Of a DNA stretch of 64,000 bases, positions 1 through 13,330 are shown in pieces. Position 1 is the stretch's first letter; every line of letters starts with the position of its first letter. The position numbers and the translations under genes were made by a program. The notes under the pieces are model-generated. The model did no database searches. It saw only the letters and a program-made list of their open reading frames with translations, and was not told where the DNA came from. Source of the DNA: Octopus bimaculoides (lineage: Eukaryota). The stretch covers positions 103,460,604-103,524,603 of the forward strand of contig NC_068983.1 in NCBI RefSeq assembly GCF_001194135.2. The letters are read 5' to 3'.

Positions 1-583
1 CAATATTGAGTATTCATCCAACCCATGCTAGCATGGAAAAAGGACATAAAATGAGCAAACAGATGAATGTACATACGTATGCACATATGTACACACATCT
101 GTATATGTGTGTGTGTGTGTGCCTGTGTGTTCGTGTGCGTAAACAGAGCATTAAAAAGGTAACAGGAATATGTAGCACATAGGTGGACACATTAGAGATG
201 TTAGTATACCAGGAAAAAAACTGCTCTCTCAAATACAGCATACATTGACATAAAATATGAGGCAACAGACCAGAAAATATAATACAACTCATTAAAACTG
301 ACAAACTGGTTTGTCTTCCGTAAAAATAATTATGTATAATATTGAAGTGACACTAGTAAATGGTTTCAATGAATGGGTCCACTCGAAGTCTTTTGGTGAG
401 TTAGTTTATATTTTTACCTATGTAATAAATCAATAATTTCTATTTTTAACAAAGTTTTTTTTCTTTTTGTCTTCTATTGACTGCAACTTTCAGTTTTATC
501 AGATACGGTGATGGGACATGTTCCATATCCTTATTTCATTATCAGTGTCTTGAGTTCATCAACAGACTGGAATAAAACATAAA

Positions 584-804
584 CTCTTTCGCATTCAAAC
601 CAGCCATACCCTGCCAAAATATTCTACCTGTTTTATATTCAAACTTGCCAGATGGAACTTCTCACACCTGTCCGATAATGTCGTTCAAAAACTAAACAAA
701 CACATCATCGAAATCTCAAAGCTACAAGATAATGCTTGATTAACTGAAAATAATGTGAATAAATTAAGCATTACATTTGACAGAATAATTTGAATGCTAA
801 AGGG
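584..804 (-). mobile_element. piggyBac-like MITE, family 1 (~215 bp)
   Basis: Ends ...GAATGCTAAAGGG-TTAA; body matches copies at 39825, 48029 and 54502; left end degenerate. Confidence 0.7.
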
Positions 805-1044
805 TTAAATTGCACTTTAGACAGCCTGCTTGCTCAGGTTGTCAAAAACTTGTTTAGAGCCACTCTGCTTAGGGTTCTGATTTCAACAAGTATGTGATAA
901 AATAATTAGTGCCATCCAGGAGAATCTTCATATAAGAGTTTTTGGCACTCAGTGCTTGCTGTTTGAGCTTTATGGACAGACGAGAATGTAAATTCTAATA
1001 ACCATGATATTACTGCAAGGAGCAGCAAAACCCCAGGGATTATA

Positions 1045-1460
1045 TCTTGTTTCAGTCATTAGGCTGCGGCCATGCTGGTGCACTGCCTTGAAATTTTAGT
1101 TGAAATAAATTGGCCCCAGGACTTATTTTTTAAGCCTAGTACTTATTCTATTGGTCTCTTTTGCCAAACTACTAAGTTACGGGGACACAAACACATACAC
1201 ACACATATATAAACAGCAGGCTTTTTTCAGTTTCTATCTACCAAATCCACTCACAAGGCTTTGGTCGGCCATGGGCTATAGAAGATACTTGTCCAAGGTG
1301 CAATGCAGTGGGACTTAGCGGTTTGGCAAAAGAAATCAATAGAATAAGTACTAGGCCTACAAAGAATAAGTCCTGAGTTTGATTTCTTCAACTAAAAATC
1401 CTTTAAAGTGGTACTCCAGCATGGCCACTGCCAAATTACTGAAACAAGTAAAAGAATAAA
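1045..1460. mobile_element. Two partial SINE A1 copies joined in inverted orientation
   Basis: Minus copy (1045-1315) fused at 'acttagc' to the 3' module of a plus copy ending GAAACAAGTAAAAGAATAAAA. Confidence 0.75.
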
Positions 1461-1474
1461 ACAATTCGTTAAAG

Positions 1475-2039
1475 CGGTTGTTCTCAACCAGGGTCCACAC
1501 AAGATTTTTGGTGGAGTTCACACAAGCAAAATAGTAAACTGGGGAGCCACAGTATTATTTTAAGGGCCCACGAAAAAAATTTGGCTTTAGATGTGTTTAT
1601 TGCAAGAAACAGCCAGGTCTCTTTCTCTAACACTTAACCCTTTCATTACTGTATTATTTTGAGATGCTCTGTGTTTCTTTCAATTACTTTAAACATAACA
1701 AAGAATTTAGTAAAATAACTTAGTTATCATTCAGCTAGTGTTAGGAACATTAATTGTGACTAAGGTTTAGTGGAAGATTTTAATTCAAAACTTATGAAAA
1801 CAAGACGTTTGTACTCAGAGCCAGAGCCGGTTTCAGCCGGGTTAGTAACGAAAGGGTTAGCGTAGTTCATTATGTTTTCTTGTTAATGTATGCAAATGAA
1901 CATATGAAAAACAAAGTGGAAATTTTAAAAGGAGTCTCTATAAAACTAGTTTTTTAAAACATTGAATGGCTGTGGGAGTCCACCAGAATCAAACAGTAAT
2001 CAAAGGGGTCCATAGGTAAAAAGTAGTTGAGAACCACAG
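1475..2039 (+). mobile_element. hAT (Charlie-like) MITE with nested piggyBac-like MITE
   Basis: Termini CGGTTGTTCTCAACC and GTTGAGAACCACAG (CAGTGGTTCTCAAC type); imperfect 8-bp TSD cgttaaag/cgttaaga; partial relative at ~22790-22966. Confidence 0.7.
1638..1856 (+). mobile_element. piggyBac-like MITE, family 2
   Basis: TTAA-CCCTTTCATTAC ... GTAACGAAAGGG-TTAG; TIRs with CCC/GGG termini. Confidence 0.7.
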
Positions 2040-2439
2040 CGTTAAGAGATCAATTTTTTGTTTGAATAACAGCTGCCACTGGACTATTTGAAGTGGTTTC
2101 ATGGGTTTCTAAGAATTACTCTGTGTGTGCATGTGTGTGTGTGTGTGCATATGTGCATGTGTGTGTGCATGTGTGCGTGTGTGTGTGTGCATGTGCGCGT
2201 GTGCGTATGCATAGGTATTAATGCTCATAAGCTTGTATGGGTTGGTATTTGTTATGCATATGTGTGTTTTATACATTTCTGTAACAATGTTCATGTCGGT
2301 TAGCATGTGTTAGTATGTAAGTGACAGTGTTTATGAGGACATTCAAATAAGTGTGTGAGCAATCAAACATGTGAGTGTGTGACACATTTTTCCTCTCTAT
2401 TTTCATGAGTGACTTAATGTTTATAAACATTAGAGGACA

Positions 2440-2760
2440 AAGGAAAAAACCTCAAAGGAGAGTGACAGATAAAGAGAGGGATAAAAATGAGAGGAAGAGA
2501 GAAAGAGAGAGAGAGAGAGAGAGTAAAAGTGAGTGCAGTGACAAAACAGATATGGGGAGAGAGAGATAAAAAAAGAAGTGGGGGTAGAGAAATAAGAATG
2601 GAGAAAGAGAGAGAGAGAGATGGAAGAAGAATGGGGAGGAAAAAAAAACAAATTGAGAAAGAGGAAGAAATGAGAGAAAGAGAAAGAGAGAGAGTAAATG
2701 AATAATGTAAAGAGAAACAAATATGGCTAAGTAGAGCTGGAAAGAAAAAGGAGGGAGATA
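2440..2760. repeat. GA-rich low-complexity tract
   Basis: Imperfect (GA)n/purine run; source of the overlapping S/L/F- and R/E-rich ORFs. Confidence 0.9.
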
Positions 2761-3577
2761 AATCAAAGAAGAGCAGCCAAAGCTGGATGGTTAAAAACGT
2801 GGTTTCAAGTTCCATCCCCATGTGTGGTTTCTTAGACATCTTTTATTATCACCTTAAGTTGGCCAGTGCTTTGTGAGTAAACCTGACAGATGGAAACTCT
2901 ACCATCAACATTACTTCCTGTGTTGCCTGTCCTCACCCTGGGTCACTCTCAGAACTGTCTTAGTAGCATCATAGATCCCAAGACAAATCAATGCACTTGG
3001 TCCTATAGTAATTTACTCATTGACAGCAAGCCCCTGTATACATAAGAACTGGGTCGTAAGGCCAGCCTTAAAACACCACTGGTCACTCTGCCAGCATACT
3101 TTTCTTCCTTTTCTCCTACACATTGTTCTATCTCCAGGGTCACAGACATTTCTATCACCCTATCTGTTTCAGAATACTGAGTACTTCTATCATTCTGCTC
3201 CATCACACATCCCTCTCATCACTATCATACATGACTCTGTTATACTCATACTTCTTGCTCTGGGAAGAAGCTGGCAAGTGAGCAGTAAATAAGGGGATGT
3301 GAGGGCCCTTTAGTCGTGTTAAGGATATGGCTAACATTTCTAGTATTCGGGTCACTAAATATGTACCCAACATGCTCAATGAAGTATAATGTTGTAAGGA
3401 ACCTTTTAGTCTTTTTGAGGACATGACACCTCTCTAGTGCTGGTGCCATCGAAAATAATAAAGTACCCAGTAGATTCCTGTAAAGTGATTTGATGTTAGA
3501 AAAGACATTTAGCTAAGCCAAAGACAAAAATACACAACCCATCCAACCCATGTCAGCATGGAAAGCAGACATAAAAA

Positions 3578-3627
<50 letters not shown>

Positions 3628-4084
3628 CAATGACAATGATGATACACACACAAATGTACATAGCTATCCAAATAATTTCCATGCATCAGAAAGAAGTGGG
3701 CACTTGTATATTAGGTAATAGAGTGGGCATATTATTAATACAGGATTATATATTTAGTCTCATAACAGCTGATTTATGTTAACCTACCAAGAGGGGAAAA
3801 GTAAATTTACAGTCATCAGACATTGCAAAATGGATAAGTATAATTTCAGCTCTCTTTTTTTTTTTTTTTTGAAAGGAAGTCTGAAAACACTATATCTAAT
3901 TTCCAAGCCTGACTGAGATTTTGTCAAAATTTTAAACAGAATAAAACTCATGGGTGGAAAAAATCAGTCAAAATTCTAAACAATATGAATACAAGCAGTG
4001 TTGAAATGTCTTACTGCTGCAATCTCAAACATACCACCACTGCTACCATGATTGCCAACACCAACACCACCACGATTATGGCTT

Positions 4085-4370
4085 TAATGTGCACTTTTCC
4101 ATATTTGTATTAGTTGGATAGAATTCATTTGGATAGATTTCCTTCAGCAAGATGCCATTCTTGTCACCAACAACCCTTCTCCAGTTTCCAAACAAGATAA
4201 TATTTTCCCATGGCCAGACATGTTTTCACAGAAGATTGGTAAGATGGGGACGCTCATTTATGACTATGAAGTAGTGTCACAATAAACAAACACGCACACA
4301 CACACATACTGGGCTTCTTGTGGCTTCCATATATCAAAACTATGCACAAAGCTTTGGTCAACCTAAATGT
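4085..4370 (-). mobile_element. SINE A2 (family A 5' module plus alternative 3' module), 5' truncated
   Basis: Alternative 3' module (ccatggccagacatgttttcacag...), then (CA)n, then reverse complement of A-head segment aaagc...gaagccc. Confidence 0.65.
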
Positions 4371-4665
4371 AAAGAACTGTGTACATTCAAGTGTGTGTGA
4401 GTATAAGATATAAATGTGAAGATATTGAATGCATTTCAGTCATTACTTGTTTATAAATATCCACATCTCAATACACACACACACACACACATAAATATAC
4501 ATGCATACACATATTGATATATATATACACACACACCAATATATAACTGCACACATACACGTATTTACGCATGTACAATCACTCATGCATAATAGATAGA
4601 TATTTCATTTCCACCTGATTAGCTAATTTTTGACTTCTTTTATGCTCACTTGACATTGACAATAA

Positions 4666-4698
<33 letters not shown>

Positions 4699-5019
4699 CA
4701 GTGTATACATAGTGTGCTCTCTCTCTCTCTCATACTCTCTATCTCTCTACGAAAATGCTCAGATAATAGTAATGTTTATCTTTTGCTTAAGGCCTCTTTC
4801 TAGGAGATAAGTGCATAATAATCGACTTGATGCCTCAACGTTACTGGTACTTATTTATTGATCTTGGTTGAAGGAAAAACAAAGCTAGTTTCTGCAGGAT
4901 TTGAAACTAAGTATCATAAAGTAAGTTAGAATATCAACTAATTCCCGTCTCACCCACCCACAAACCCACCCAGCGTCTCACTTTCTTTTGTCACAGAAAT
5001 TGTTCACATACACAAATGC

Positions 5020-5340
5020 AGGCATGGGTGTGTAGTAAAAAGTTTACTTCCCAACCATATGGTTTTCCGAGTTCAGTCCCACTATGTAGCATCCTGGGTA
5101 AGTGTCTTCTACTATAGCCTCGGACCAACCAAAGCCTAGAGAGTGGATTTGGTTGATGGAAACTGAAGAAAATCCGTGTGTTGTGTGTTCACATCTGTAT
5201 AACTTAGTGGTTCAGGAACTGAGACCAATAGAATAAGTAGCAAGCTTAAAAAATAAGTACTGGGGTCAATTCATTCAATTAAAAATTCTTTAAGACAGTG
5301 CTCCAGCATGGCCGCAGTCTCATGACTGAAACAAGTAAAC
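5020..5340 (+). mobile_element. tRNA-derived SINE A1
   Basis: A/B-box-like head, body and GACTGAAACAAGTAAA tail. Confidence 0.8.
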
Positions 5341-5347
5341 ACTTACA

Positions 5348-5757
5348 CTTTTACTTGTTTCAGTCATTTGACTGCGGCCATGCTGGAGCACCGCCTTTAG
5401 TCGAGAAAATCGACCCCAGGACTTATTCTTTGTAAACCTAGTACTTATTCTATCGGTCTCTTTTTGCCAAACCACTAAATTACGGGGATGTAAACACACC
5501 AGCATCGGTTGTCAAGCGGTGGTGGGGGAACAAACACAGGCACACAAACACACACACACACACATTCTCATTTTTATATATATATACATATATACGATGG
5601 GCTTTTTTCAGTTTCCGCCTACCAAATCCACTCACAAGGCTTTGGTCAGCCCGAGGCTATAGTAGAAGACACTTGCCCAAGGTGTCACGCAGTGGGACTG
5701 AACCCAGAACCATGTGGTTGGTAAGCAAGCTACTTACCACACAGCCACTCCTGCACC
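5348..5757 (-). mobile_element. tRNA-derived SINE A1 (full length)
   Basis: Head GG(T)GCAGGAGTGGCTGTGTGGTAAG at right end, internal (TA)/(TG) tract; tail-to-tail with the previous copy. Confidence 0.9.
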
Positions 5758-7258
5758 TTAAAGGATAAAGGATATTTAATATTAACACTGTCTATCACAA
5801 ACCGATGATGGAGTTTTTACATGGTTGCTTCAACCTGATAGAAAAAGCAGCAGAATCACTCTCAACTTACAGTATTGTCTTAAAACAAGAAAAACAAGTA
5901 TGGAAAATATGTAGCCAACATACTTTTTGGACATCCAGTTTCCTTGACCAGTGCTGACTTAAATTTAAGCAATACCAATACTATCCAATGCAAGGTCACT
6001 CAACCTCAACCTGCTAGAAAGAGTAACCAAATCTTCCTTAAAATACACCTGCACCCGCATCTTCAGAAATGAAGGACACATTGCATAATATAAAATCCCA
6101 TGTCTGAGAAAATGATGAGACAGTCACATCTGCAATACTGTTAATCATAAGTGTGCTCTATCAGAGCTGACCTGTGACTAAACAACAACAGCAACAATGA
6201 CAATGACGACGTTGTCTATCAATGTTTTGATAATTGTATGTTTGCAAAGAAAATGTCACTAGAAATCTTAAAAACAATGGAATTGCAAGGATTTTCATTT
6301 TTAAGTCTGGATCTTATTCAATCATTTTTCAATTTCAGTGAATCACTAAATTACAAGGACAAAAACACCACCTTAAAACAGTATCATGAAAAGATATTAT
6401 AAAGAGAGACAGACACATACTACTTTCTGCAGTTAGGGGTAATAAAATTTTGAGTGGTTGTTATCTGATTTCCACAGTAAAAGGGTTAAACTCCCTCTTC
6501 TGGTATTTTCAGGTTTTGATTTGTGCTCATATATTAAGTTTATACAATAATGATATATAACCATGTGTTCTGCATAATAAATACACTATATGGTATACAT
6601 GTAATATGGTGAGTTGAAAAATTATTCATGCAATCAGTAGATAAAAACTTCCTTTAGAGGTATTTAAAATCTAAAAAAGAAAAAAGTAACAATCAAAGGG
6701 AAGTAAATACAATAAAATCAACTAACTAAAATTTTTGGCAGATACATTTTTTTTTCTCTGCTTTCTTTACTTGATTCTTGCCATATATAAACCTACGGAT
6801 TGCCTTATGACATAAGAGAAGAATATAAACAATGAACAGAATCAATAAAGAATAACACTTAGCAATGTGATTTTTATATTTTGCTTTTTATTGTCTCCAT
6901 ATACTTTCTCATACTTACATGGGTGGAATGGTTTATTAGTTGGAACAGCAACTGTTTTTACAGATGGATGCTATTCCTGCTGCTAACCACTCAACCATGA
7001 AATAGAACTGGAATCTATTGTTTTTAGTTTTTTGCTTTTTGTGCAGTCAGGCAACCTGAAGCAAACAGAATTAGATGCTTTGCTCAGGGACATAACACAA
7101 TTGCAGTAAAATGTGAACTTTCATAGTTACAGGTATAATTGTGTGGGAAGAAGTTTGCTTCCCAACCACAGGGTTTTGGGTTCAGTCTCACTGCATGGTA
7201 CTGTGGGTAAGTTTCCTCTACTATAATCCCATTTAGTTGATGGAAAATGAAAGATATC

Positions 7259-7294
<36 letters not shown>

Positions 7295-7870
7295 ATGCGC
7301 AGATGTCTTTTTTTGTTTGTGTCTGTCCCACAACCACTACCACTCGACAACAGTGTTGGTTCGTTTATGTCCCAGTAGCATAGAGGTTCAGCAAATAGAA
7401 TAAGTGCCAAACTCAAGAAAAATAAGTACTGGGGTCAATTTGTTTGACTAAAACCCTTCAAGGTGGCACCACCTCTAAGTCCGTGACTGAGACACGTAAA
7501 TGATAATAAAAAGATAGGGCCAAGAGTCCAGTAAATAAAACCTCACAGTTATCAGATATGCATTAACAGTCTCAAATTCATGAGTTGTTACATTTATGTC
7601 TTCAAAGACAGTGAATTCACAAAGTTGTTAGACAAAATGCCTTGCCGTATTTATTACAGCATCATGTGCTTTCAGTTCAAAAACCACCGTAGCCCATTTA
7701 GGTGATAGACTCCATCTGTTACTTGCTTAACCCCAGAAGGATGAAAGGTCAAGTCAACCACAGTGGTATTTGAACTCAGAATGTAAAGATGGTCAAAATG
7801 TGATTTGGTCTTTGGGTGCTTTCGGCACTATTCATTCTGTAGCGAAAATTTAGGAAAAGTCTTCAGCTTA

Positions 7871-8256
7871 GGCGTAGGAGTGGCTGTGTGGTAAGTAGCT
7901 TGCTTACAAACCACATGGTTCCGGGTTCAGTCCCACTGCGTGGCACCTTGGGCAAGTGTCTTCTACTATAGCCTTGGGCTGATCGAAGCCTTGTGAGTGG
8001 ATTTGGTAGACGGAAACTGAAAGAAACCCGTTGTATATATGTATATGTATGTGTGTGTATATGTTTGTCCCCCCACCCCCCAATATCGCTTGACAACCGA
8101 TGCTGGTGTGTTTACGTCCCCGTAACTTAGCGGTTCGGCTAAAGAGACCGATAGAATAAGTACTAGGCTTACAAAGAATAAGTCCTGGGGTCGATTAGCT
8201 AGACTAAAAGCAGTGCTCCAGCATGGCCAGTCAAATGACTGAAACAAGTAAAAGAG
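7871..8256 (+). mobile_element. tRNA-derived SINE A1 (full length, young)
   Basis: A box TGGCTGTGTGG, B box GGTTCAGTCCC, internal microsatellite, tail; many CpGs retained. Confidence 0.9.
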
Positions 8257-9008
8257 AGAGCTTGAGGATAACATCCTCTTTCTTTCTCTCTCTCTCTCTC
8301 CCTCTCTAACACTGGTCTCCAAAGCCCAGTAAAAAGTCCCACAAACACTAACCTTCTCACTGGGTTAAGAGATAAAATACCTTGGGCTGACCAATCCTCT
8401 TTGTGTGTTAAAAACATAACATGCTCCAAAATCTTCCTATGGAGTTGCCGTTGTCTTTGTCGTCATCATCATCATCATCATCGTTGTCATTTAATGTCAG
8501 CTTTCCATGCTGGCGTGGGTTTGACAGAAAACCAATGAGCTACAAAGTTGTGCTGAGCTCCAAAGTCATCAGTGAGAATAAATTTCACAGCAAGCAGTAT
8601 TCCATGTTTATCTGTACATGACCATGTTTCAAAAGAGGCACATGTCATTGTCTTTGCTACACATCAAGCACATATACTGATTTAACTTCAGCACTGTAAA
8701 CTTCCACACACATCAACAAATGTTACATTTGTTGAGTTTTATTATAGAGCTAAAGAAGTACCTGGCTAACTCCAAATAACCAAGCTGGTATCTATTAGGA
8801 AAGAAGCAAAATTACACCAAAATATCAAAGTTTGACAGTCTACATACATCATTTAGAGCATGGTATGTTTTTCATGTGCAAAGTTTCTATAGGTGAAGTT
8901 TGTTCTCTGAGATTAAATTCCACAGTAAGCACTGCTCCATGTTTTTGTGTAAATGGACTGTGTTATAAATGATGAATGCAATATTTTAAATATGTGTGTA
9001 TGTATATA

Positions 9009-9045
<37 letters not shown>

Positions 9046-9101
9046 TTCAAATTTACAGAAAACAAAAGACAAAGACAGGTGAGGGAACAACAAGCAGGTT
9101 A

Positions 9102-9132
<31 letters not shown>

Positions 9133-9348
9133 CGTATGTGTTGATGTTATAAGAATTTATAAACTTTTAAAAGAATGTGATATATTTTTTTCTTTTGTGG
9201 GGAATTTGTTCTCAACGCATATGCTATAAATAATAGAGGAAAATATTGGGTTGAAAAACCCTTTTGGATAAAAAAAAGTTGAAGGCAGTCTGTGGGACTC
9301 AAATGCAAAACTACCATATACATGTATGTATATGCTTATATTTATATA

Positions 9349-10549
9349 TTGGGTCATCCCATAAATAATGTGGTTTTTTTCAACTGCATAAACTAAAAGT
9401 CAGAGGGGGACAGGATAAACTACCTGCATCAACTTGCTATAAAAGCAGGTAGTAATTTTACCGATTTTATTATTCTTAGTGCATGTTTTGAAGAGTGCAG
9501 TTCGATTTTAACGGTTATTTTTTCAAAGCTATAAATGGAAGTGACAAATGAACATATTTGGTATATTTTGCTTTATGTGTTCAATAAAGGCAACAACACA
9601 ATGGAAAGTGTGAGGAATATTAATGCAGTATATGGGGATCAGACAATAAGTGTAAGCTAGTGTTGATGGTGGTTCCAGAAATTCTTAGCTGGAAACTACA
9701 GCCTAGAAGACGAGCCTCATCCTGAAAGATATGTAGAGCTCAACAAGGGCATCCTGCAAATCCTGGTGGAACAAAATCCCATCATAACTACTGAGGAACT
9801 AGTAGAGAAACTTGGATTTGGTCATCGGAAAAGTCAACAAATTGGGTCAAACTTGCAGAGACTAATTGCAAGCAGAGAGTGAATGTGTGGTCTTCTTTGC
9901 TGCCACGTCTCACAAATGAACCTTTTTTGGACCCAATAGTGACTGGTGACAAGAAATGGGTTCTCTATACAAATGTTGAGCACCAAAGACAGTGGGTAGG
10001 GAAATGAGAAACACCAGCACCCCAGGCTAAAGAAGGTCTTCATCCATGTAAGATGTTGTTATCTGTTTGGTAGGATATGAAAGGTTTGGTCCACTTTGAA
10101 CTTTTAAATTCAAACCAAATGACAACAAAGGAGATCTACTGTGAGCAGCTTGAGTGGCTTAAGTCAGTGCTAGAAGTAAAATGACTAAAGGTGTTCTTCC
10201 ATCAGGATAATGCTCAGCCACGTACAGTAAGGATGACATTCCAAAGTTTGAATGGGAAATGATGCCCGCCCACCATATTTGCCAGATATTGCCTCATCCG
10301 ATTATCATTTATTTCGCAATCTTCAAAATCATTTGGACAGAAAAAATATGAATTCTGTAGATGAGGTCAGAACAGTATTGGAGAAATATTTTTCATCAGA
10401 GACAAGTGAATTTTGGAAAAGGGGCCATGCAAGTCTGCCAGATAGATGGAAGAGCATTGTAGAAAATGAAGGAGAGTACATTTTAGATTTAAAAAGAACT
10501 TTGTTTATCTTGATTTTGAAAAATAAAAGATGCATATGGGATGACCCAA
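9349..10549 (+). mobile_element. Mariner (Tc1/mariner, DD34D) DNA transposon, defective
   Basis: TIR TTGGGTCATCCCATA at both ends, TA TSD (9347-9348, 10550-10551), 1201 bp. Confidence 0.95.
9535..10490 (+). pseudogene. Mariner transposase pseudogene (Hsmar1/SETMAR-like)
   Basis: Translates to IVTGDKKW, FHQDNAQP and PPYLPDIASSDYHLF (YSPDLAPSDYHLF motif); stops, frameshifts and a deletion across the WVPHEL region. Confidence 0.9.
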
Positions 10550-10599
10550 TATATATATGTATATATGTGTGTGTGTATATGGAGGAGGATGATAAGTGA

Positions 10600-10835
10600 C
10601 CCTTGGCATCAAACAAAATGAAATCATAGTTGTGGCTGATGCCAATGCCAGTGGCACATAAAATGCACTCATTACACTCTTGGAGTGGTTGGTGTTAGGA
10701 AGGACATCCAGCCATAGAAACCATGCCAAATGAAACTGGAACCTGGTGCAGCTCTGTGGTTTACCAGTTCCACTCAAATCATTTAACCCATGCCAGCATG
10801 AAAAGTAGACGCCAAATGATGATAAGGATGATGAT
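10600..10835 (+). mobile_element. Retroposon family D 3' part with (GAT)n tail
   Basis: GGTGTTAGGAAGGACATCCAGC ... ACCCATGCCAGCATG ... ATGATGAT; similar copies at ~13430, 17940(-), 31145 and 52020(-). Confidence 0.7.
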
Positions 10836-12111
10836 GATATACATACACATACACATATATTTTATAGATATATATGTATATCTGCACATGGTGCCCCAGC
10901 ATGGCCACAGCCTTAGAGCTGAAACATATAAAAGAATATATGAAAATAATGTTTGCTGCCTAACATGGCTGTTCCGTACAGGACAACATTACTACCATTT
11001 TTTTAACCCAATGAAGACATCTCCCCCAGCTGGTTAATGACACAACCTGTGTCCGATATATTGTGAGCAGGGGAGCAAACCCCTAATATCTAGTAGTGAC
11101 AAGACCAGTATACCAGTCTGGTTTCAGGGTATTTCTCTCCATCAGTACTGGGCACCTGTCTGCTAGACATGGCAGTCATTCGTCTTAGCTTGCAACATAC
11201 AGAAAAACAAGCGACATTCAGCCACTGATTTTGCAACAAGCAAAGTAGCTCATACTAAAATCTCTATAAGAGATGTGAGTATATATACATACACACACCT
11301 TTAAACTTGCACACAAGTATATGTGAGTGAGTGTGTGCCAATAGCTGTATATGTAAGAGCAGAGTCAGGTAATATAATAGAAAATAGGCGTTGTTACCTG
11401 TTGCTATCTGACTCAGCATCAACACAATAATTAAGTTTGGTGAATCATCTTTATGTTCCAATAAAGACAAATTCTATAGCAACTGCTAAAAGGATTATAA
11501 TGCAAATATAAGCACACACACACCTCTGGCTTTGTTTTGAAAGTTTTTAATGGTTTGATGCATTTCTGAAACAAGTGGAAATTCTCTCAGATGGAAAAGG
11601 AAAAAAAAGTCGGTCTACTTAGTTTACCTTTAGGGCAAGTATTTTTGTCTTTCATTTGACATTAGTAAGTTATGCAATATGAGGCGAGTGGTTCTGCTTC
11701 ACAGTGATATGGTCATGAGAAAGAAAAAATCAGCGATCCATCATACACATGCTTTGAAAATGTACAAAAACAAAAATGGGAAAAATACTAAACTATACAT
11801 ACATGTATACATATAACTAAAGAAATAAAGGGGGAGAAGGGAGGGAGGAAGGAAGATAAACATAGGTACACACACACACACACATGTATATACACATACA
11901 TGTCCACTTACATGGGTTTGTAAAGATTAATGGAAGCAGATTTTCAAAGAGAGGGGGATGTACTTCCTGTTGCCAACCCTTGTTTTGAAGCAAAGTTATA
12001 TTTCCATGACAGACGTTTTCCCAAATGATTGCAAATGAAAGGCATGATGATGATATTTGTTTACAATTAGAGCATGTGATTTTAAGATAAACACACACAC
12101 ACACACATATG

Positions 12112-12500
12112 TCGTTGTTGTTGGCACTCCGTCGCTTACGATGTCGAGGGTTCCAGTTGATCCGATCAACGGAACAGCCTGCTCGTGAAATTAACGTGCA
12201 AGTGGCTGAGCACTCCACAGACACGTGTACCCTTAACGTAGTTCTCGGGGATATTCAGCGTGACACAGTGTGACAAGGCTGACCCTTTGAATTACAGGCA
12301 CAACAGAAACAGGAAGTAAGAGTGAGAGAAAGTTGTGGCGAAAGAGTTCAGCAGGGTTCGCCACCATCCCCTGCTGGAGCCTTGTGGAACTTTAGGTGTT
12401 TTCGCTCAATAAAAACACACAACGCCCGGTCTGGGAATCGATACCGCGATCCTACGACCACAAATTCGCTGCCCTAACCACTGGGCCATTGCGTCTCCAC
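12112..12500 (-). mobile_element. tRNA-derived SINE B
   Basis: Head GTGGAGACGCAATGGCCCAGTGGTTAGG with A/B boxes; 3' end GGAGTGCCAACAACAAC; inserted in (CA)n. Confidence 0.9.
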
Positions 12501-13089
12501 ACATACACATATATACACAAATATAATATGGGCTTCTCTCAGTTCTGTCCACCAAATCCACTCAATTGGTACTAAAAGAATTTTTTTCTGGCATAAAAAA
12601 AAAATAGTATGAAGCAAAGCATGGAGATGTTATGTAAATAAATAAGGGAAGTAACCAAAGTTATCAAGAACTCTTCCAAACGGAGTTTAAGAAAGTTTAC
12701 AAAAATGTTTGCAGTGTCTCACAGTGTTTCCATCCAGCTGAAGGCAAAAAAAAAATTTGCATATTTAAATAGTTTATAATGTGATTAAAAGGTACTTTGG
12801 TGCATGTTTACTGGAATTTAAGAGCTCTGACCTGAGATTGAAGATCCTGCAAACCTGACTGTAAGGTAAGCTTTTTTTCAGGTAAGCATAACTGGTAACA
12901 AGAACCTGAGTGATGTGGTTGCATATGGTTTAAGATAACCTAAGTAATATCATATGTATGATTAGTTGCCTGTTGGTTGTACATCATCTTTGAGGGTTAA
13001 TGAAAGATTCGGGTCTTGAAGAGATATGAGGTTATGATATAGCTTTTAGGCAGAGAATTTCACGTAAGTCTATCTACTTTGGCATATAG

Positions 13090-13330
13090 AGGTGTATCGC
13101 TTAATGGTTAGGGTGTTAGACTTGTGATTGCAAGATTGTAGTTTCAATTCCTAGACCAGGTGATGTGTTGTGTTCTTGAGCATGGCACTTCATTTCACAT
13201 TGTTCCAGCTCACTCAGCTGGCAAAAATGTGTAATCCTGCAGCAGACTGGCATCCCATCCAGGTGAGGAATATATACACTATAGAAACTGGGAAACTGGC
13301 CCTATGACTCAGGAAGGAACTTTACTTTTT
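13090..13330 (+). mobile_element. Older tRNA-headed SINE (distinct 3' module)
   Basis: Degenerate A/B boxes, core ttcttgagc...ctcagctggcaaaaatg, then gactggcatcccatccagg and a tttacttttt tail. Confidence 0.55.

Noticed and set aside
8713-8735. Perfect 11-bp palindrome TCAACAAATGT-T-ACATTTGTTGA
   Set aside because: Short and AT-rich; compatible with chance in 64 kb.
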